The translations under genes and the position numbers were made by a program. The notes below the pieces were generated by a model. That model searched no databases, had not been told where the DNA came from, and was given only the letters and a program-made list of their open reading frames with translations. DNA of 64,000 bases, from assembly GCA_973895155.1 (NCBI GenBank), contig OZ316895.1, positions 24,247,538-24,311,537 on the forward strand. The letters are read 5' to 3'. Below are positions 35,389-49,700 of the stretch, piece after piece (positions within the stretch are counted from its first letter, which is position 1; each line of letters begins with the position of its first letter). Source of the stretch: Marsupella aquatica. Taxonomy: Eukaryota > Plantae > Marchantiophyta.

Positions 35389-38300
35389 TCAATCTGAAAA
35401 AATAGATCCGTATTCATCAATAATGTCAACACCCAGCTCCTCTTGGATTTCAAAATTGACATCTGAAGTACTTTGTTCTACCCAATAAGGTGACGTCCAA
35501 ATAGGAGTTATCAATCCCAATTCTCCTCTCTTATACTCCTTCCTGTTAAGAATCGATGGAGCAGCATCCAATGAAACTTCTTGGCCTCTATTTGGCCCAC
35601 TTTTCCACACGTAACATCGTGCATCACGTTCAAGTGACCTCCATCCGGTTGATCCAACTCTATTCCCTTTTTTCTTTGAGAGAGGAAGGACAACTAGACT
35701 TCCCGAGTGTGAACGAACAAAAACCAATTTGTCATCAGAAGCTTAAAAGAGTGTGTCAGGACAAATTGAAGCACTTGCCTGGTTGTCAATAGTCGCTGAT
35801 GCACGGGCTTCTGGGGTCATGGGATCTCACTACTTCGAAAGCCGTCCCGGGAATCAATTCTTGGGTGTCAGCTTCATTCGAATTGACCTGCCTATCTCCA
35901 CCATCAGTGACCAAATTGGTTGACGAACGATTTTCAAATGTATCAATGTCAATCGGTTCTCCAATTCGGTCACATTTGGATTGAGACCATCCTTGTCCAA
36001 GTTGTCATCAACCTCAACTTCATAGGGTCCACAGGGACGTCATCTGCACCTGATGAAGGGCGTGGTGCAAGACCAACGGTATCATCAACATCATAGGGTT
36101 CTATGCTTTCACTTTGACCTACACAGTCATCCAAATTCTTTGCATACGCCACCTCTGACGCCCCATCATCTTTGACTGACTTAGCGCCCACTTCTTTGGA
36201 ATTATCAGCTGATTCATGTTCGGCAGAAACATCCGCAATAGTGGGTTTCCAATGCCTAGAACTCCCACCACGAGGATCCCAATTTTCCTTGATTGAGGGG
36301 ACCCTCTCGCAAAGGAATGAAGCATACGCTTCCACAAAGTGTCTCTCATCTTGAGAGTCACAATAAACAAAGCATTCGCGTTGCACCAAGAATGCTATCT
36401 TCATCACTTGACCACCCGAGAAATCAAGAATCAAGTGTCCAGCTTCTGACAAGGATTCAATAATCCTCTGTATCATCCGCGTGGGTTTGGCATGTGGATT
36501 CACCCAACCACCACGAGCACCAACTATCTCAAATTGAGGGACCATGTGCAAAACCTTGGTCGCCTCTTCTGGGGTCAGCATCATTTTTAGATCTTCGGGT
36601 TTTGACACGTTGTCTGTGTCAACCTTCGCCTTCCCAGTGTCAATCTTGGTGACCTCAAAATCAGTATCTTTTGAACCAAAAAAGAATTTTGGCTTTGGGT
36701 GATTGGGTTTGAAAACATCATTCCAATTGACATTTTCATCTCGAGAAATTCCTGCAAATATAACTTCTTCAATTCCGCCTCCCCAACACGAATCAAGCGG
36801 GTGCGGTTGATCCTCTCGAGAATAACTCCCATAGTACTCAATGTGAATGGTGAGAGATTTCTCTTGTCCCAATTTTCGAAGTGAGCTTAGGACATTCATT
36901 GCAAGAGGCCCCGGATGAACAGTTATGGCTACAACGATTGTAAGATTTCGTGGTAGCTCCACAATGTTTTGCAGAAAGACCAAAACTTCTGCTTCCGTCC
37001 ACAGCTTTTGGTGATCTCGACTGAAGTCAACAATGGCAAGTGAGCACGTTGGAGATGATTCTTCTATTGCTGGTGGATCAACTGTTTTCATTAGATTGTC
37101 ACTAAAGAATGTGCCCACGGTTGGCTCCGAGAATGTGTCCCTCTGCCAAACTTCTGGCAATAAATGTTATCAAGGCGCATCACCAGAGCTATTGGCAACA
37201 TTGCACTCTCCCTGGTATGATTTGGCTTCAACAGGTTTGACAGAAAAACTTCACCAGCCGCTCTTCTGCATCTACTAAATTCTGCATCAACACTCAACAA
37301 TGGCAGAACCTCTACTACTTTCATCTAGTCGGTATCCGACGGGAAATTCCATGGATCCTTGCCGAAGTAGTACTCTTCAATGAGAGACTTGAGCTTCCTC
37401 ACTTTTTTCACATCCTTCGCAAGCTCCTCTATTGAGGGTATGTCAGATTTATTTGTGGCATCTTTCTTCAGCAATGCCTTTCTTGACTTCACTTGTGTCA
37501 GGATTTTTGTGATGTCTTTCTGTGAGATCAACTCACCATCAAAGGGACAAAACATGGCAACGGTAATTGCTTTTTTGGACTTGTTATTTCCTTCCACCCT
37601 AGCTCCATCAGGAAGTTTCCCATGCAACCACATCTCACAGACTAACCGCCACAACTCAAAAAGATCGTTGTCCGCAAAAAGTAGCTAGTATACATTTCGC
37701 AAGTCCTTCCTACCCATAGTCATTCTTGCCAGAGCCAACCAATCCTACAATCCAAAAGGAAAGCTACTCAATTATCCCCAACTCAAGGGTTGGAAAAAAA
37801 GGATTCTAAGTGCGATAATAGTTTTGGATTCGGATGGTCTCAATCAAAAACAAAACTCGTACTAAACATTCCAAAAGTTCCAATACTCTTTGACAAATCG
37901 TGTCGGACTGAGACCATCCGAATCCAAAATAGAATTACTCTCTATGGTAGAGAAATGCACACAAAGTAATCACATTTCTTACCTGAAATTTTTGGTTGTC
38001 TTGAGCATTTGTTTTGTTGTCGCCATGTTTTGGTTTGTTTGGATTTTCACATTCAACAAACTGCCGCCTCGCATGGACAACTGTATCTTTAAAGCAAGAT
38101 TGAAACACCATCGTGCTATTGATGGCGTTCGATCTCATGGAGTGCTCAACAAGAATTGAAGACGGTGTGCGATCAGACAATATTCTAGATTTCTTGAATT
38201 CTAACTTCTTGGCCAATTGGGTGAGCTTGGCATCCTTTGTTGCCCAATCACGAATCCATCTCGCAGCTCTTGCAGAGTGCTGACCACTAACGGCTAGAAA

Positions 38301-40097
38301 TTGGACCTCGCCCTTTTTCACTCCGGCCAAAAAATCCTTCCGCTCCGACTCCGTATTCTCAAAGTGGAGTACCTTTCTTCGCTCGACGTTAAAAGGAATC
38401 AAATCAGCGACATGTGGCTCATGCCCATGTGTTTTGATCATGGAATCAGCAATGTCTTGCACATGATCAAAATTCATCATCCGATAGCACAGTCTCGTTG
38501 GTGCAGCAAAAATACTTTCAACTGGGATCAGAAATTTTTTGTTTATCCCAAAAGTATAGTACTGCTCCATTTGTTGAAGAACTTCATTCCCTTCTAAGAC
38601 GTCTGTCTCCTCTGGAGCATGTGGCCTATCACCCTCATCTTCAGCATATAATGAAAAATCTACAGGAGTTGACTTCACAACTACGGTGTCGGTTTTTTGT
38701 TTCTTCTTCTCCCTCGACTTCTTTTCGACTGGAAGCTTCTTCTTCTCGGCTGGAGCCGTGATCTTCTTCTCAACTGAAGTAGGGTTCTCCACCGGAAGCT
38801 TCTTCTCCCTCTGCTTTCGCTTCCCTACCACTCTATCCATGGTTGTTGCTGCAGTAGTTTGTGCTGTCTCTATCGTAGTTGCTGGAGTTCCTTTGGCTGG
38901 CGTAGACTCAATTATGTTCTGTGGTTGTGTACTTTTCCTCAACTTTACCAAAGACTCTACCCATAGATTTGCTTTTTCCAGGTCAAGCGTGTGTGCAAAG
39001 GCTAGTGCCTTGGCGATCCAAACATTTGAGTCTGGTGATACCAGACCTACTTTCTCAAGCAAATTGTTAAGAGTCCATGTGGATGGAAGAGAGAACTTTG
39101 ATGGGTTGTTTACAATGTTGAGTTTCAAATAAAGAAACCCATAAAAAATGTCCAAAGGAAGCATTCCCTTCAATCCTCCAATAATCTTCTTCTTTGTGTA
39201 GGATTTTGGAAAGAATCCCATCGACAACACACTTAATTCCCTACTTGCATACCATTCCACATTGAACTCGGCCGAGAAAGCCTTTGACGGGAGCTACAAC
39301 TTTGCCCACCTCATCGTGTCTAACACCTCTACAATGATAGAATTCATTCCTCTTCCTATCATTCCCACAGAGACCACGGGTCCGATGACCAATGTTTGGT
39401 TGTTGCCTGTCATGATCTTGACACATAACATTGGATCCTGAATGTTAAATGAATTCAGGCGGAAGTTTACTCGCGAGAACTCAAGTCCCCACCAAAATCC
39501 GGGATCGCGGTCCTCCAAAATGAGCCCATCGTCGTAGTCTGCCTCTGAAATGGCGAGAGTTGTATTCACCAGATCACTCTCTGCATTGGAGAGTGTAAAT
39601 TCATATTAGACTTCAAATCCATGAAATTTGTGTCAAGAAATCACTGTCAAAGTGAGATTGAGGGCTCTTGGATTTGGACCATCCGAATCCAAACCTCCCT
39701 TTTGGATTCGGACCATCCAAATCCAATCAAGCCTGTCGGATTCGGATGGTCCTAATCCAAACAACCCTCTTGGATTCGGACCATCCAAATCCAATCAAGC
39801 CTGTCGGATTCGGATGGTCCTAATCCAAACAACCCTCTTGGATTCGGACCATCCAAATCCAATCAAGCCTGTCGGATTCGGATGGTCCGAATCCAAACAA
39901 CCCACTTGGATTCGGATGGTCCGAATCCAATAACTTAAGATGCATGAATAAACCTGCAGAAACTTACTTTGGACTTGTGATTAAAATTCTTGGGAATCCC
40001 CAAGCGCTAGGGCCACAAGATCACCGACAGAGGAGAGATCCAAGTCATCAGATTCTTCGGCGAGCAGGACGATGACGGTTTTCTTGGCAACTTCCAT
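35389..40097 (-). pseudogene. ParB/MTase-like cargo gene, copy 2, multiple stops and frameshifts
   Basis: FLAVSGQHSARAAR, LAIVDFSR, NPHAKPTRMIQRIIESLSEAGHLILDFSGG; exon 1 MEVAKKTV..LDLSS homologous to copy 1. Confidence 0.85.
39665..39932. repeat. Palindrome array in intron 1 of the copy-2 cargo gene
   Basis: (T/C)GGATTCGGA-NNN-TCC(G/A/T)AATCCAA cores in alternating orientation, ~61-bp dimer. Confidence 0.85.
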
Positions 40098-40934
40098 TTT
40101 TAGGAGTGACACGTGGCAGGATATATTGAGGACACGTCAAGATGGGCAAGATCTAGGGTGTTGCAGTAGATTAGGGCAAGAAGGCAATTAGGGCAAGGGC
40201 AAGGGATAGCAGCGGCAGCCAGCCAAGAGCGAGGAGCAAGGAGCGAGAGTGAGGAGCGACTGAGAGCAAAACAACAATGAGGTCTGTGGAAGACCTCGTC
40301 CTCCCTTTACCCCCTCCTTGTTTGCGTACGGATGATCGCTGTACGGATAGAGACCGAGAAGGGATCTGGTCTTATCAGTTTGGGTGGGACACTAGCTGTA
40401 TTGTCTGACACAATGGATTGAAAAAGGAGTGGATGATTGTTCTAATGCAATACTCAGTGTTGCCTCAACCTTATCGGATCGCACATTCAGGGCCAAACAT
40501 ACCAAACAACGAGTATAAGAGGTCCTCTACAGACATCATTGTTGTTTTAGTTTCATATCTTCACTTGGGCATCCAGGTCTGCGCAACTCCTCCTCAGCTC
40601 TTCCCTCTAATGGAGTTTAGACTTGAAGTGGCTTTGATAGCTTTCTTAGTCAGTTTGATATGAACTTATTCATCAATTTAGAGGTAGCAGAGCCAACTTT
40701 GGAGACATACTGGAAAAACAAGACTGCTAAGGTGAGTTATGGTGTTAGTCGCTTTGCTTATTTTGAGTTCTTAGGGAAGAGAGATGAACCCTTTCACTTT
40801 GTTCTGCATTCTAATGACTTCCCAATAATTATTTCACGAATTACCCAATGTTCCAAAAAACCCGGAATGTCTAAATTTGATTAGGAAGAGATCTCAATCT
40901 CAATATATCCATCTCAACATAATCTTCATTGTGG

Positions 40935-41712
40935 AGTTAGACCATCTGAATCCAGACTTGATGTGTGGATTAGAATGGTCCTAATCCTAGATTGTTGTTT
41001 GGATTTGGATGATCCGAATCCAATCTATTTTCTAGGATTGGGACCATCTGATCAGAATCCAATCTTGGTTTGGATTCGGACCATCCAAATCCAAGAGGGT
41101 GTGTTGGATTTGGACCATCCGAATCCAAGCGTGCAATGCTTAAATTGTGACCTTTGGGATCCAATCTCGGTTTGGATTCGGACCATCCCAATCCAAGCGC
41201 GATGGTTTAATTGGGGCGTTTGAAATACAATCTGGTTTTGGATTAGACCATCCGAATCCAAGCCCGATGCTTAAATTGGGACCTTTGAAATACAATCTAG
41301 GTTTGGATTCGGACCATCCCAATCCAAGCCGGTTTGTTAAATTGCGACCTTCGGGATCCAATCTGTGTCTGGATTCGGACCATCTGAATCCAAGATGGTG
41401 GGTTGGATTCAAACCTTTGAAATACAATCTGGTTTTGGATTCGGACCATCCGAATCCAAGCCCGATGCTTAAATTGGGACCTTTGAAATGCAATCTGGGT
41501 TTGGATTCGGACCATCCCAATCCAAGCGCGTTTGTTGAATTGGGACCTTTGGGATCCAATCTGGGTTTGGATTCGGACCATCCAAATCCAAGAGGGTGTG
41601 TTGGATAGAGGTTGGTTTGGATTTGGACCATCCCAATTCAAGCGCAATGCTTAAATTGGACCTTCAGAATACAATCTTCATGGTTTTGATTTGGATCACC
41701 CCAATCCAAGCG
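40935..41712. repeat. ~66-bp repeat with conserved 25-bp palindrome TTGGATTCGGA-CCA-TCCGAATCCAA
   Basis: About a dozen cores (perfect at 41435-41459) separated by related but diverged ~41-bp spacers. Confidence 0.9.
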
Positions 41713-41848
41713 TGATAGTTGAGCCAACGTTTGGATTCGCAGAATGGCAATCAAATGACCGTATGGATAATTGTGAGTTTCTTCAAATTCTTGTCATTCG
41801 GATTTGTGATGGTTTTTCTGAAAATTGTGCAGGTTACTAAATCCGAGA

Positions 41849-44800
41849 ATGACTGGAAGGTTTTCAAGAGGTAATGATGTGACCTTGACAATTGATGGAT
41901 ATGATGTCGGTTGTGGGACAATTCAGAAAATTAACCCCCAAGATAGGGTGCACAATGTATTGTTGGGAGATAATCGAATTGGTGTGCTCGTGGAGAAGGT
42001 TTTCGAGCCAACTCAAAAACTAGCATTTCTACTGCCAAGGGTAGAAAAAATTTTCGATGCCATTGACTCATGTGTTATTTGGGAGATCTTGTGCGCGTAT
42101 CTCTCTATAACTCCAGATTCCCAAAAATGCATCAGTACTGGTAGTTGTTCAACTCGACCAGATAATAACTTGGATAAATCTCCTACAATTGTTATGGAGG
42201 ATGCATCAAACACTCTAAGGCAAGGGGACGAGGTTGAAATGCTCATGGATGGGTGTTGTGTAGCCCTTGGAGTTATTTTCAAGGTAAATCCAAAGGACCG
42301 ATGTCACAACATATTACTTGGTGAGTCTCGAATCAGTGTGAAAATCACTGATGTTATTCATGGTAGTAAGGCTTTACCTTACATACACAATGGGGCTGAA
42401 ACAATTGAAGAGGCAAAAGACTCATGGGTTCCCTGGGACTTGGCCGATGTTCATAAAAAAGGTTGGAATGTTGATGAAGGTAGAAAGTTTTCCTCTAAGA
42501 AGCAAGGTGATGACGACGTTTTAATTGAGGAGAGTTTTGTCTCACATTCTCCATCAACAAAATTGATCAAAACTCATTCTGATTATTACCAACGGTCCAA
42601 CTGGATGTCAGAGTTGGTCGAATTATACATTGGTTCAGGATGATCAAGTAAGGTTGCCATTGGGACTATCACTGTGCCTCAAGCAACGGTGGCTGTTGAT
42701 GATGAAATCCTGGGAGAAGACTATGTAGGGATTGCTGTGAAAGATGTCATGGAATCGCAATACTTTCCAAGCATTCACAAGGGAGTAATTAGTTTGGTTT
42801 GATGGCGAATTGATCACACAAAACTAGTAGCAATCGGAAATTTTTTGTCAGACATTTTGGTGGAAGGTACAGAGAATATGGAGTCAATGGATAGGGATGA
42901 TCTGAATCCAGATCATGTGGTTGGATCCGCATCCGGATGTCGTCAAAGGCCATATAACTTCAACAAGAGGGATCAAGTTGATCCTGTTGAGAAGAAAAGG
43001 AGGCTCTTGCAAACCAAGGCAGTTTCAAAAACAACAGAAGCCGCAATTGATGAGATCAAAAGAGTAAATTGCTGCAAGCATAAATGTTGTCTCATTATGC
43101 CAAGGGAAGATATAGAAGATGTTAGGATGGAATTTCACGGGATGTCTAGCGAGTCCAAAACATCACACATTTCCAACCTCTTCCACTACAGAGAGGATGA
43201 TGTTCGTGATAAGGGACACCATGTTCTCAAAGGTATGGTCATCTGTAAAGATGCATTTGCAACCATCCATGGTTTTAGTCACACCAAGTATTATGATTAC
43301 AAGAGAAGATACATGGAGGGTTGCAAAATTGGGTTCCATGGGAACACAGGCTTGAAGAAAACAAGGTCAAATACCTTACATGCGCGAGCTCTTCTAGACA
43401 CATTTTTTACTCAAAATGCAAAGCCAATGCCTTATATGCCTTATGGAGGGGCTCATGGGACAGACAACATTGAGTATCGACTTCCAGTGTGTTACAAAAA
43501 GTTAGAGATTTTGGAAGATGTGAGAACAAAGATGAAGGAAGAAGGGCTTCCTCCTGTTACGGATAACACTCTCTACAAGATATGGAGCACATCATTTGCA
43601 AACTTCAGTTTCACAAGGATGGCGCATTTGCCAAGTGTACGCGTTGTTGTGAATACAAAGACAGTTTGATGCGAGAGAGAAGGAAAAAAGAACGTGCTGA
43701 AATTGAAGAAAAAAGAGCTCAACATCTTTGTGAGCAAATATCACGTAGATATGTTTACTACGCTCATCGAGTGATGGCCAAGCAACATCCAGGAGAATAT
43801 CTTTGCATTATTCACGACAAGATGGATCAAGCAAAGACATGGATTCCAAAAATGGTTAGTACTCCTAAATCACTTCGGGTCATGGAATGCCGCTACCTAT
43901 CGCTCTCACAGGGATGTTGACCCACGAGAGAGATCCAGGAGTATATGCACACTTTAGTGTCACTGGCCTTTGGCCAAGAGATGCAGATTTCACGGTGACA
44001 TCCTTGGCTAAGTGTCTTCGAGATCTTGAAGAGTACAATGGAGACAAGACAGGTGATATGCTTGATGGCTTGCATTGGGAACCTCACAGACCTTTCTTTC
44101 AAGCCTTACTTGACTTTGATGCATTTTTGTCGGGATATTTGGAACCAAAGAATATTCAAGTAAATAGGTATATTGGTTCTGAAGATGGAGCTGCCGACAG
44201 TCAGACTGAGACCATCCCAACCCGGCAGGATGAGGATGATGGAGGGGACGTGGATGGCGAGAAGGGCAGTCCGTTGTTCATGCCCTTGCCAAGGCACCTA
44301 ACATTGCAAATGGATAATTCAGCAAAGGACAACAAAAACCAAACAGTCATAGCATTTTGCTCGGAGCTTGTGAGTAGAGGAGTAATTAAAACTATTCAAA
44401 TGTCCTTTCTAATGGTTGGTCATACGCACAAAGATGTTGATGCACTGTTTTCCAAGGTATCATATCAAGTTCAGCACAAGGAAGTTGCAACCCTTCTTGC
44501 ACAGTTAATGGCAGAGGTTTGGGAATGTGAGAGCATTCATCCAGTTCCAAGATTGATACAAGAAGTTGCATCTTACAAAGAATATCTTCAAAGTTTTAAG
44601 GTCAAAGATATTCAAGGTCACTCAAAACTGGTATCATTTCTTTTCTCTATGAGAGATAATGTACCAATATTTTAGTATAAATCCCATGTTAAGCAAGCTT
44701 GGGCTCCCGTTGGCGGAAGGTGCATTTGGGCAACTGATCCAATAACAAATTCTCTTCTTTTACCCAGTGGACAACCCTTAGCCAAATCCATAGGAGAGAT

Positions 44801-45644
44801 ACACAAAAAATCAGAAGAGATAATCCTATTCCTTAACAAGTACCTTGATTTTTTGAGAAGGAGTTGCATTGATGAGACATCAATAGCATACAAGGAAAGA
44901 TTTCCTCTTGTTAAATATTGGGAAAGAATTGTGGAGCTGTTGTCAAATGGGCTTGCAATGGAAGGGGAGGGAAATAATCAATTTCCATTGAAATATGGAT
45001 TTTGGCCTAAGACTAACCACGGCACTGGTTACAAGGTCAACCAATCGGCATGCAAACAGAGTGGTCCTCTAAGTGAAGATGAGGAGAATGCAGAGATGAT
45101 AGCTCTTCAAAATGAAGTCTTGGAAGAGATGGAAGATCAAGCGGCACCATTTGTTGGACCTCGAGCTGAGAGAGAACAAGGACGGTGGATTCCCCTCCAT
45201 GATATTTGTGAAGGAAACTTTGTGTTTCTTCGACCCGAGGATGATTGGGAGAAGAAAAATGGTGGAGGTCATTTATGGTTGGTGAGAGCTTTGGGTCAGG
45301 TGGACCCTAAGCATGAAGTCCCAATTATTGCATCTTCAAGAGACCCTCCTTTGACTCAACAATATGCTCCAATGTTCCCCGTGGAATGGTGGAGGCTTAA
45401 ACACTCTAAACTTGATGTGAGTGAGAGTGCTAGGTATCTCAATTGTTTCATGTCCACCAAGACATGGGAACGAGATCCAGGATTTGGTGAGAACACTCAA
45501 CATTGGCAATATGCAAATTCTGCAATGTATGGTTTTAAATCTGGAATGAAGGAAGAAAACATGGTTGGCAGAGGTTTGAAGATTCCTTGAAATGTTCTAC
45601 AAACTGTCCAAAGTTATCTCCAAAGGATGGACAAGTACAATTAG
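41849..45644 (+). pseudogene. Sola1-like transposase, copy 2, disrupted
   Basis: Five ORF fragments collinear with the copy-1 transposase; stops at 42641, 44673, 45588 and frameshifts near 43610 and 43875. Confidence 0.9.
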
Positions 45645-46079
45645 TTGTCACTAGCTAAGGTATAATTAGATAGTTACTAGTTTTTATGTAAGAGTTATAT
45701 ATATTGTGAGACCATGCCATTGAGTGTTTAGTTACTTAGTAGACTATCTACTCATTTTCTAAACTTTTGATTATTATGAATATGAATGTTTATTTTTTCT
45801 GCATAATTAAAAATATTTTTTATTAATTTCTTTATTTTAAATGATTACAATAAAAGTTTTCAGGAAAATGTACACTTTTTAGACCAAATGTACTCTTTGT
45901 TGCACTCAAAGCTACACTTTCTAGACTAAATGTACTAAAATGTACACTTTTTAAGCCAAATGTATCCATTTTTCATTCAAATGTACACTTTCTAGGCCAA
46001 ATGTATTAAAATGTACACTTTTTAAGCCAAATATACATATTTTGATGCTCAAATGTACACTTGTCATTGCCCAAATATA

Positions 46080-46554
46080 TGTTGAGCATAGACGACGATC
46101 GCAACGGCAAGCCCATGAACCATCCAACGCACAATAGTCGACACAAGAGATACGTGGTTCACCTCCTTGAGGCTACGTCCACGGGAACACACAAGAGAGC
46201 TTTATTGAACTCTAAGCCCGTCGGCTATACCGAGTCTCCACAGTGTAAGCTCTCCCTATCTCTCAAGTGGCTCCATAACAATGAGCCTTGGTTCTACCTC
46301 TCCAAGCACACATGCCTCTTATGATATAGTGTGCAACTTAGTTGTACCTAACCACATAGTTGTACCTAACCACATAGTTGTACCTAATCACGTAGTTGTA
46401 CCTAACCACATAGTTGTACCTAATCACGTAGTTGTACCTAACCACATAGTTGTACCTAATCACGTAGTTGTACCTAACCACGTAGTTGTACCAACCCACG
46501 TTGTTGTACCAACCACGTCATACCTAACCTAGACGTAAGAGTAAATACCCAACA
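46080..46554 (-). repeat. 3' LTR containing ~9 copies of an 18-bp repeat
   Basis: Matches 52208-52682 with one difference spotted; unit TAGTTGTACCTAA(C/T)CAC(A/G). Confidence 0.95.
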
Positions 46555-46745
46555 ATCTTCCCCTTGACTCTGGTCTAGGGGAGAGTAATACTGCCAATGT
46601 ATATGATCCCTCAGCGGGAAGTTCTGGACAGAAACCAAACCGGTTTCCCTCTCTAACTAGAGCAAACCAGAACTAAGCCGTAGCCTAATACATAGGAATG
46701 AGGAAGAGCATATATCAGTAATTACAATGAATGTTTAAGAAAACT

Positions 46746-49700
46746 CTACTTGTGATGCAATTGCAAAACCTGCAATACGTCACGGTGTCTAGAGAAACTC
46801 TCCAAAGGAATCACTTTGGTAAATGCGTCAGCCGGGTTGAGTTTACCATCAATCTTGACTAGCTCAAACAATTTATCAGACATAGCCTGCCTGATAAAAT
46901 GGTACCTGACGTCAATGTGCTTCACTCTGCTGTCCATCACCTGGTTCACAGCAAGGTGGAGCGCACTTTGACTATCACAATGGAGCTTCACATTCCCCTG
47001 TGGCAATCCCATTTCAGTGATAAGTCTATCCAACCAAATCGCTTCCTTTGCTGCTTCCGCAGCTGCAACATACTCCGCTTCTGTAGTAGACTGAGCAATA
47101 CACTTCTGCAAAGTAGACCTCCAACTTATGCATCCACCGCCAAGTGTGAACACGTATCCTGTTGTTGATCTCCTTCGGTCCAAATCTTGTCCATAGTCAG
47201 AATCTACATAGCCAATCAATGATCTAGCATTCTTTGCATTCGCATCAAATAAAAGACCATGATCCACGGTACCCTTCAAGTACCTGATAATCCACTTCAC
47301 TGCTTCCCAGTGTACCTTCCCTGGATTCGACATGTACCTGCTCACCTTGCCCATAGCCATGGCAAGATCAGGTCTAGTGCAAGTCATCAAATACATGAGA
47401 CTCCCCACTGCCTTGTCATATGGAACCTTTGACATCAACCCCTTCTCTGTGTCATCCGTAGGACAGAACGCTGATGATAACTTGAAGTGTGGAGCCAACG
47501 GGGTACTTACTGGCTTGCTATTCTCCATGTTGAACCTTGCAATTACCTTCCTCGCATAACTGCTCTGCGTCAACCATAGCTTGCCAGCCTCCAAGTCCCT
47601 AGTGATCTCCATACCCAAAATCCTCTTAGCTGGCCCTAAGTCCTTCATCTTAAACTCTGCACTAAGCAGTGCCTTGAGCTTAACAATCTCAGACCTATCC
47701 TTGGCTGCAATTAGCATGTCATCCACATAAAGTACTAAAACAATGAACCCAAAGACAACATTCTTCACCGGTTTCAAATACACACAAGGGTCAAATACAC
47801 TTCTGTGAAAACCTTGTGACCGAATCCAATCGTCAAACCGCTTGTTCCACTGTCTTGGTGACTGCTTCAACCCATACAAGGATTTCAGCAATCTGCAAAC
47901 CAATTCCTCCTGTCCTCTCTTCACAAAACCTAGCGGTTGTCTCATGAAGATCACCTCTTCCAATGTGCCATAGAGGAAAGCTGTGACAACATCCATCTGA
48001 TCTAGGAGCAGACCAAACATTACAACAAGTACACACAATAGTCGTATTGTAGAGTACTTAGCAACTGGTGAGAAGACCTCATTGTAATCCACACCTTTCT
48101 CTTGTGTGAATCCCTTTGCTACCAATCTAGCCTTGTAGACCTTCGATCCACCTCCTATGGAATTATCCTTCAGCTTGTAAATCCACTTGCTGTCCACCAC
48201 TTGCTGACCCTTAGGCAGCTTAACAAGCTCCCAAGTTTTGTTGTCCTTTAGTGACTGCATCTCTGTTTGCATTGCTGCAGTCCACTTTTGCTTCTCCTTT
48301 GAAGCACTTGCCTCATGAAATGAAGAAGGTTCTCCTTCTTCCAAAATTAACGCATCACCCTCATCATCAGCTGTAAAATCATCCTCTTGCAGTTGAGATG
48401 AATCAACCCACTGTCCATACCTTGATGGAGCGCGTACAGTGCGACCAGATGTTCTTCTAGCCGATGACTCCGGTTGATCTGCGTGTGCTGGTACAATTTG
48501 AAGCTCAACAGCATCCACTTGCTGCTCACCAGCATCAACAAACTCCTCTGGTTCCTCTGGCACAGGAACCAGCTCCATAATTGGAGCAACTCCTTCTCTC
48601 CGGTCATGCACCTCATAACCAATCTCCCCCTCAATGAGATCCGGGATAGGAGATTTTCTTTTGTCAGTACGGGAGACCTGAGTATTCTCCCCCTCCTTCA
48701 ATAATCTGGATTCATTGAAGGAAACATCCCTACTGACAATGAGCTTACAGGCAATAGGATCCCATAGCCTATAGGCTTTCACACCACTCTGGTACCCAAG
48801 AAAAACACATTTCTTGGAGGTAGGATCCAACTTGGTCCTATTCTGCTTTGGTGTGAGAGCATATGCATCACTTCCAAAAATTACCAAGCCATGATAGTCT
48901 GCTTGCCGCTTATAGCGCATCTCAAACGGCGTTTTGAAATTGATAGCACTAGAAGGAGAAAGATTTACCAAATAAGCTGCGGTATTGACAGCTTCTGCCC
49001 AAAATTCTTGTGGTAAACCTGATTGGTTCAACATACTCCGTGACCGCTCCAACAGTGTCCGATTGAGCCTCTCAGCGACACCATTCTGCTGCGGAGTATA
49101 AACTGTGGTGAGATGGCGAGTTATCCCCTGTTCTGAACAGTACTCTTCAAATTCCATTGAAGTGTACTCCCCGCCGTTGTCTGACCTCAGACTCTTCACC
49201 CTTGTATCCAAACACTTGATCGTGTTTCCAGTCTGATTCTCCACCTGGGCCTTCCACTTCTTAAAAATGGACAAGACATCAGACTTATGCGTCATGAAAT
49301 AAATCCACACAAATCTTGAGTAATCATCAATAAATGATACATAGTACAACTTTCCAGAGTGTGAGGGAGTCGGGGATGGACCCCACACGTCACTATGTAT
49401 GTACTCAAGAACCGCTTTGGAACGATGAGTTCCAACACCAAAAGCACGACGATGCTGCTTTCCAAGAATGCAATGCTCACAAAACTCTAATTTACAAGAT
49501 TGCAAATCAGAAATGAGTCCATTCTTCCGTAAGATAGCCAAACCCTTCTCACTCATGTGGCCTAGCCGTGAATGCCACAGTTGAGTCATCTCCTCGTGAG
49601 ACTTGGTTACATTGGCCTCTCCACATACAGTATTGCCCTGTAACACATACAAATTCTTTTGTCTACTCCCCTTCAAAATCACTGTCTCTCCCGACCTGAC

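Noticed and set aside
40935-41712. CRISPR-like array (palindromic repeat plus spacers)
   Set aside because: Spacers are homologous to each other, no cas genes, eukaryotic context; it is a tandem repeat with a conserved core.
46281-46532. VVPNH-repeat ORF in the LTRs
   Set aside because: Translation of the 18-bp LTR minisatellite.
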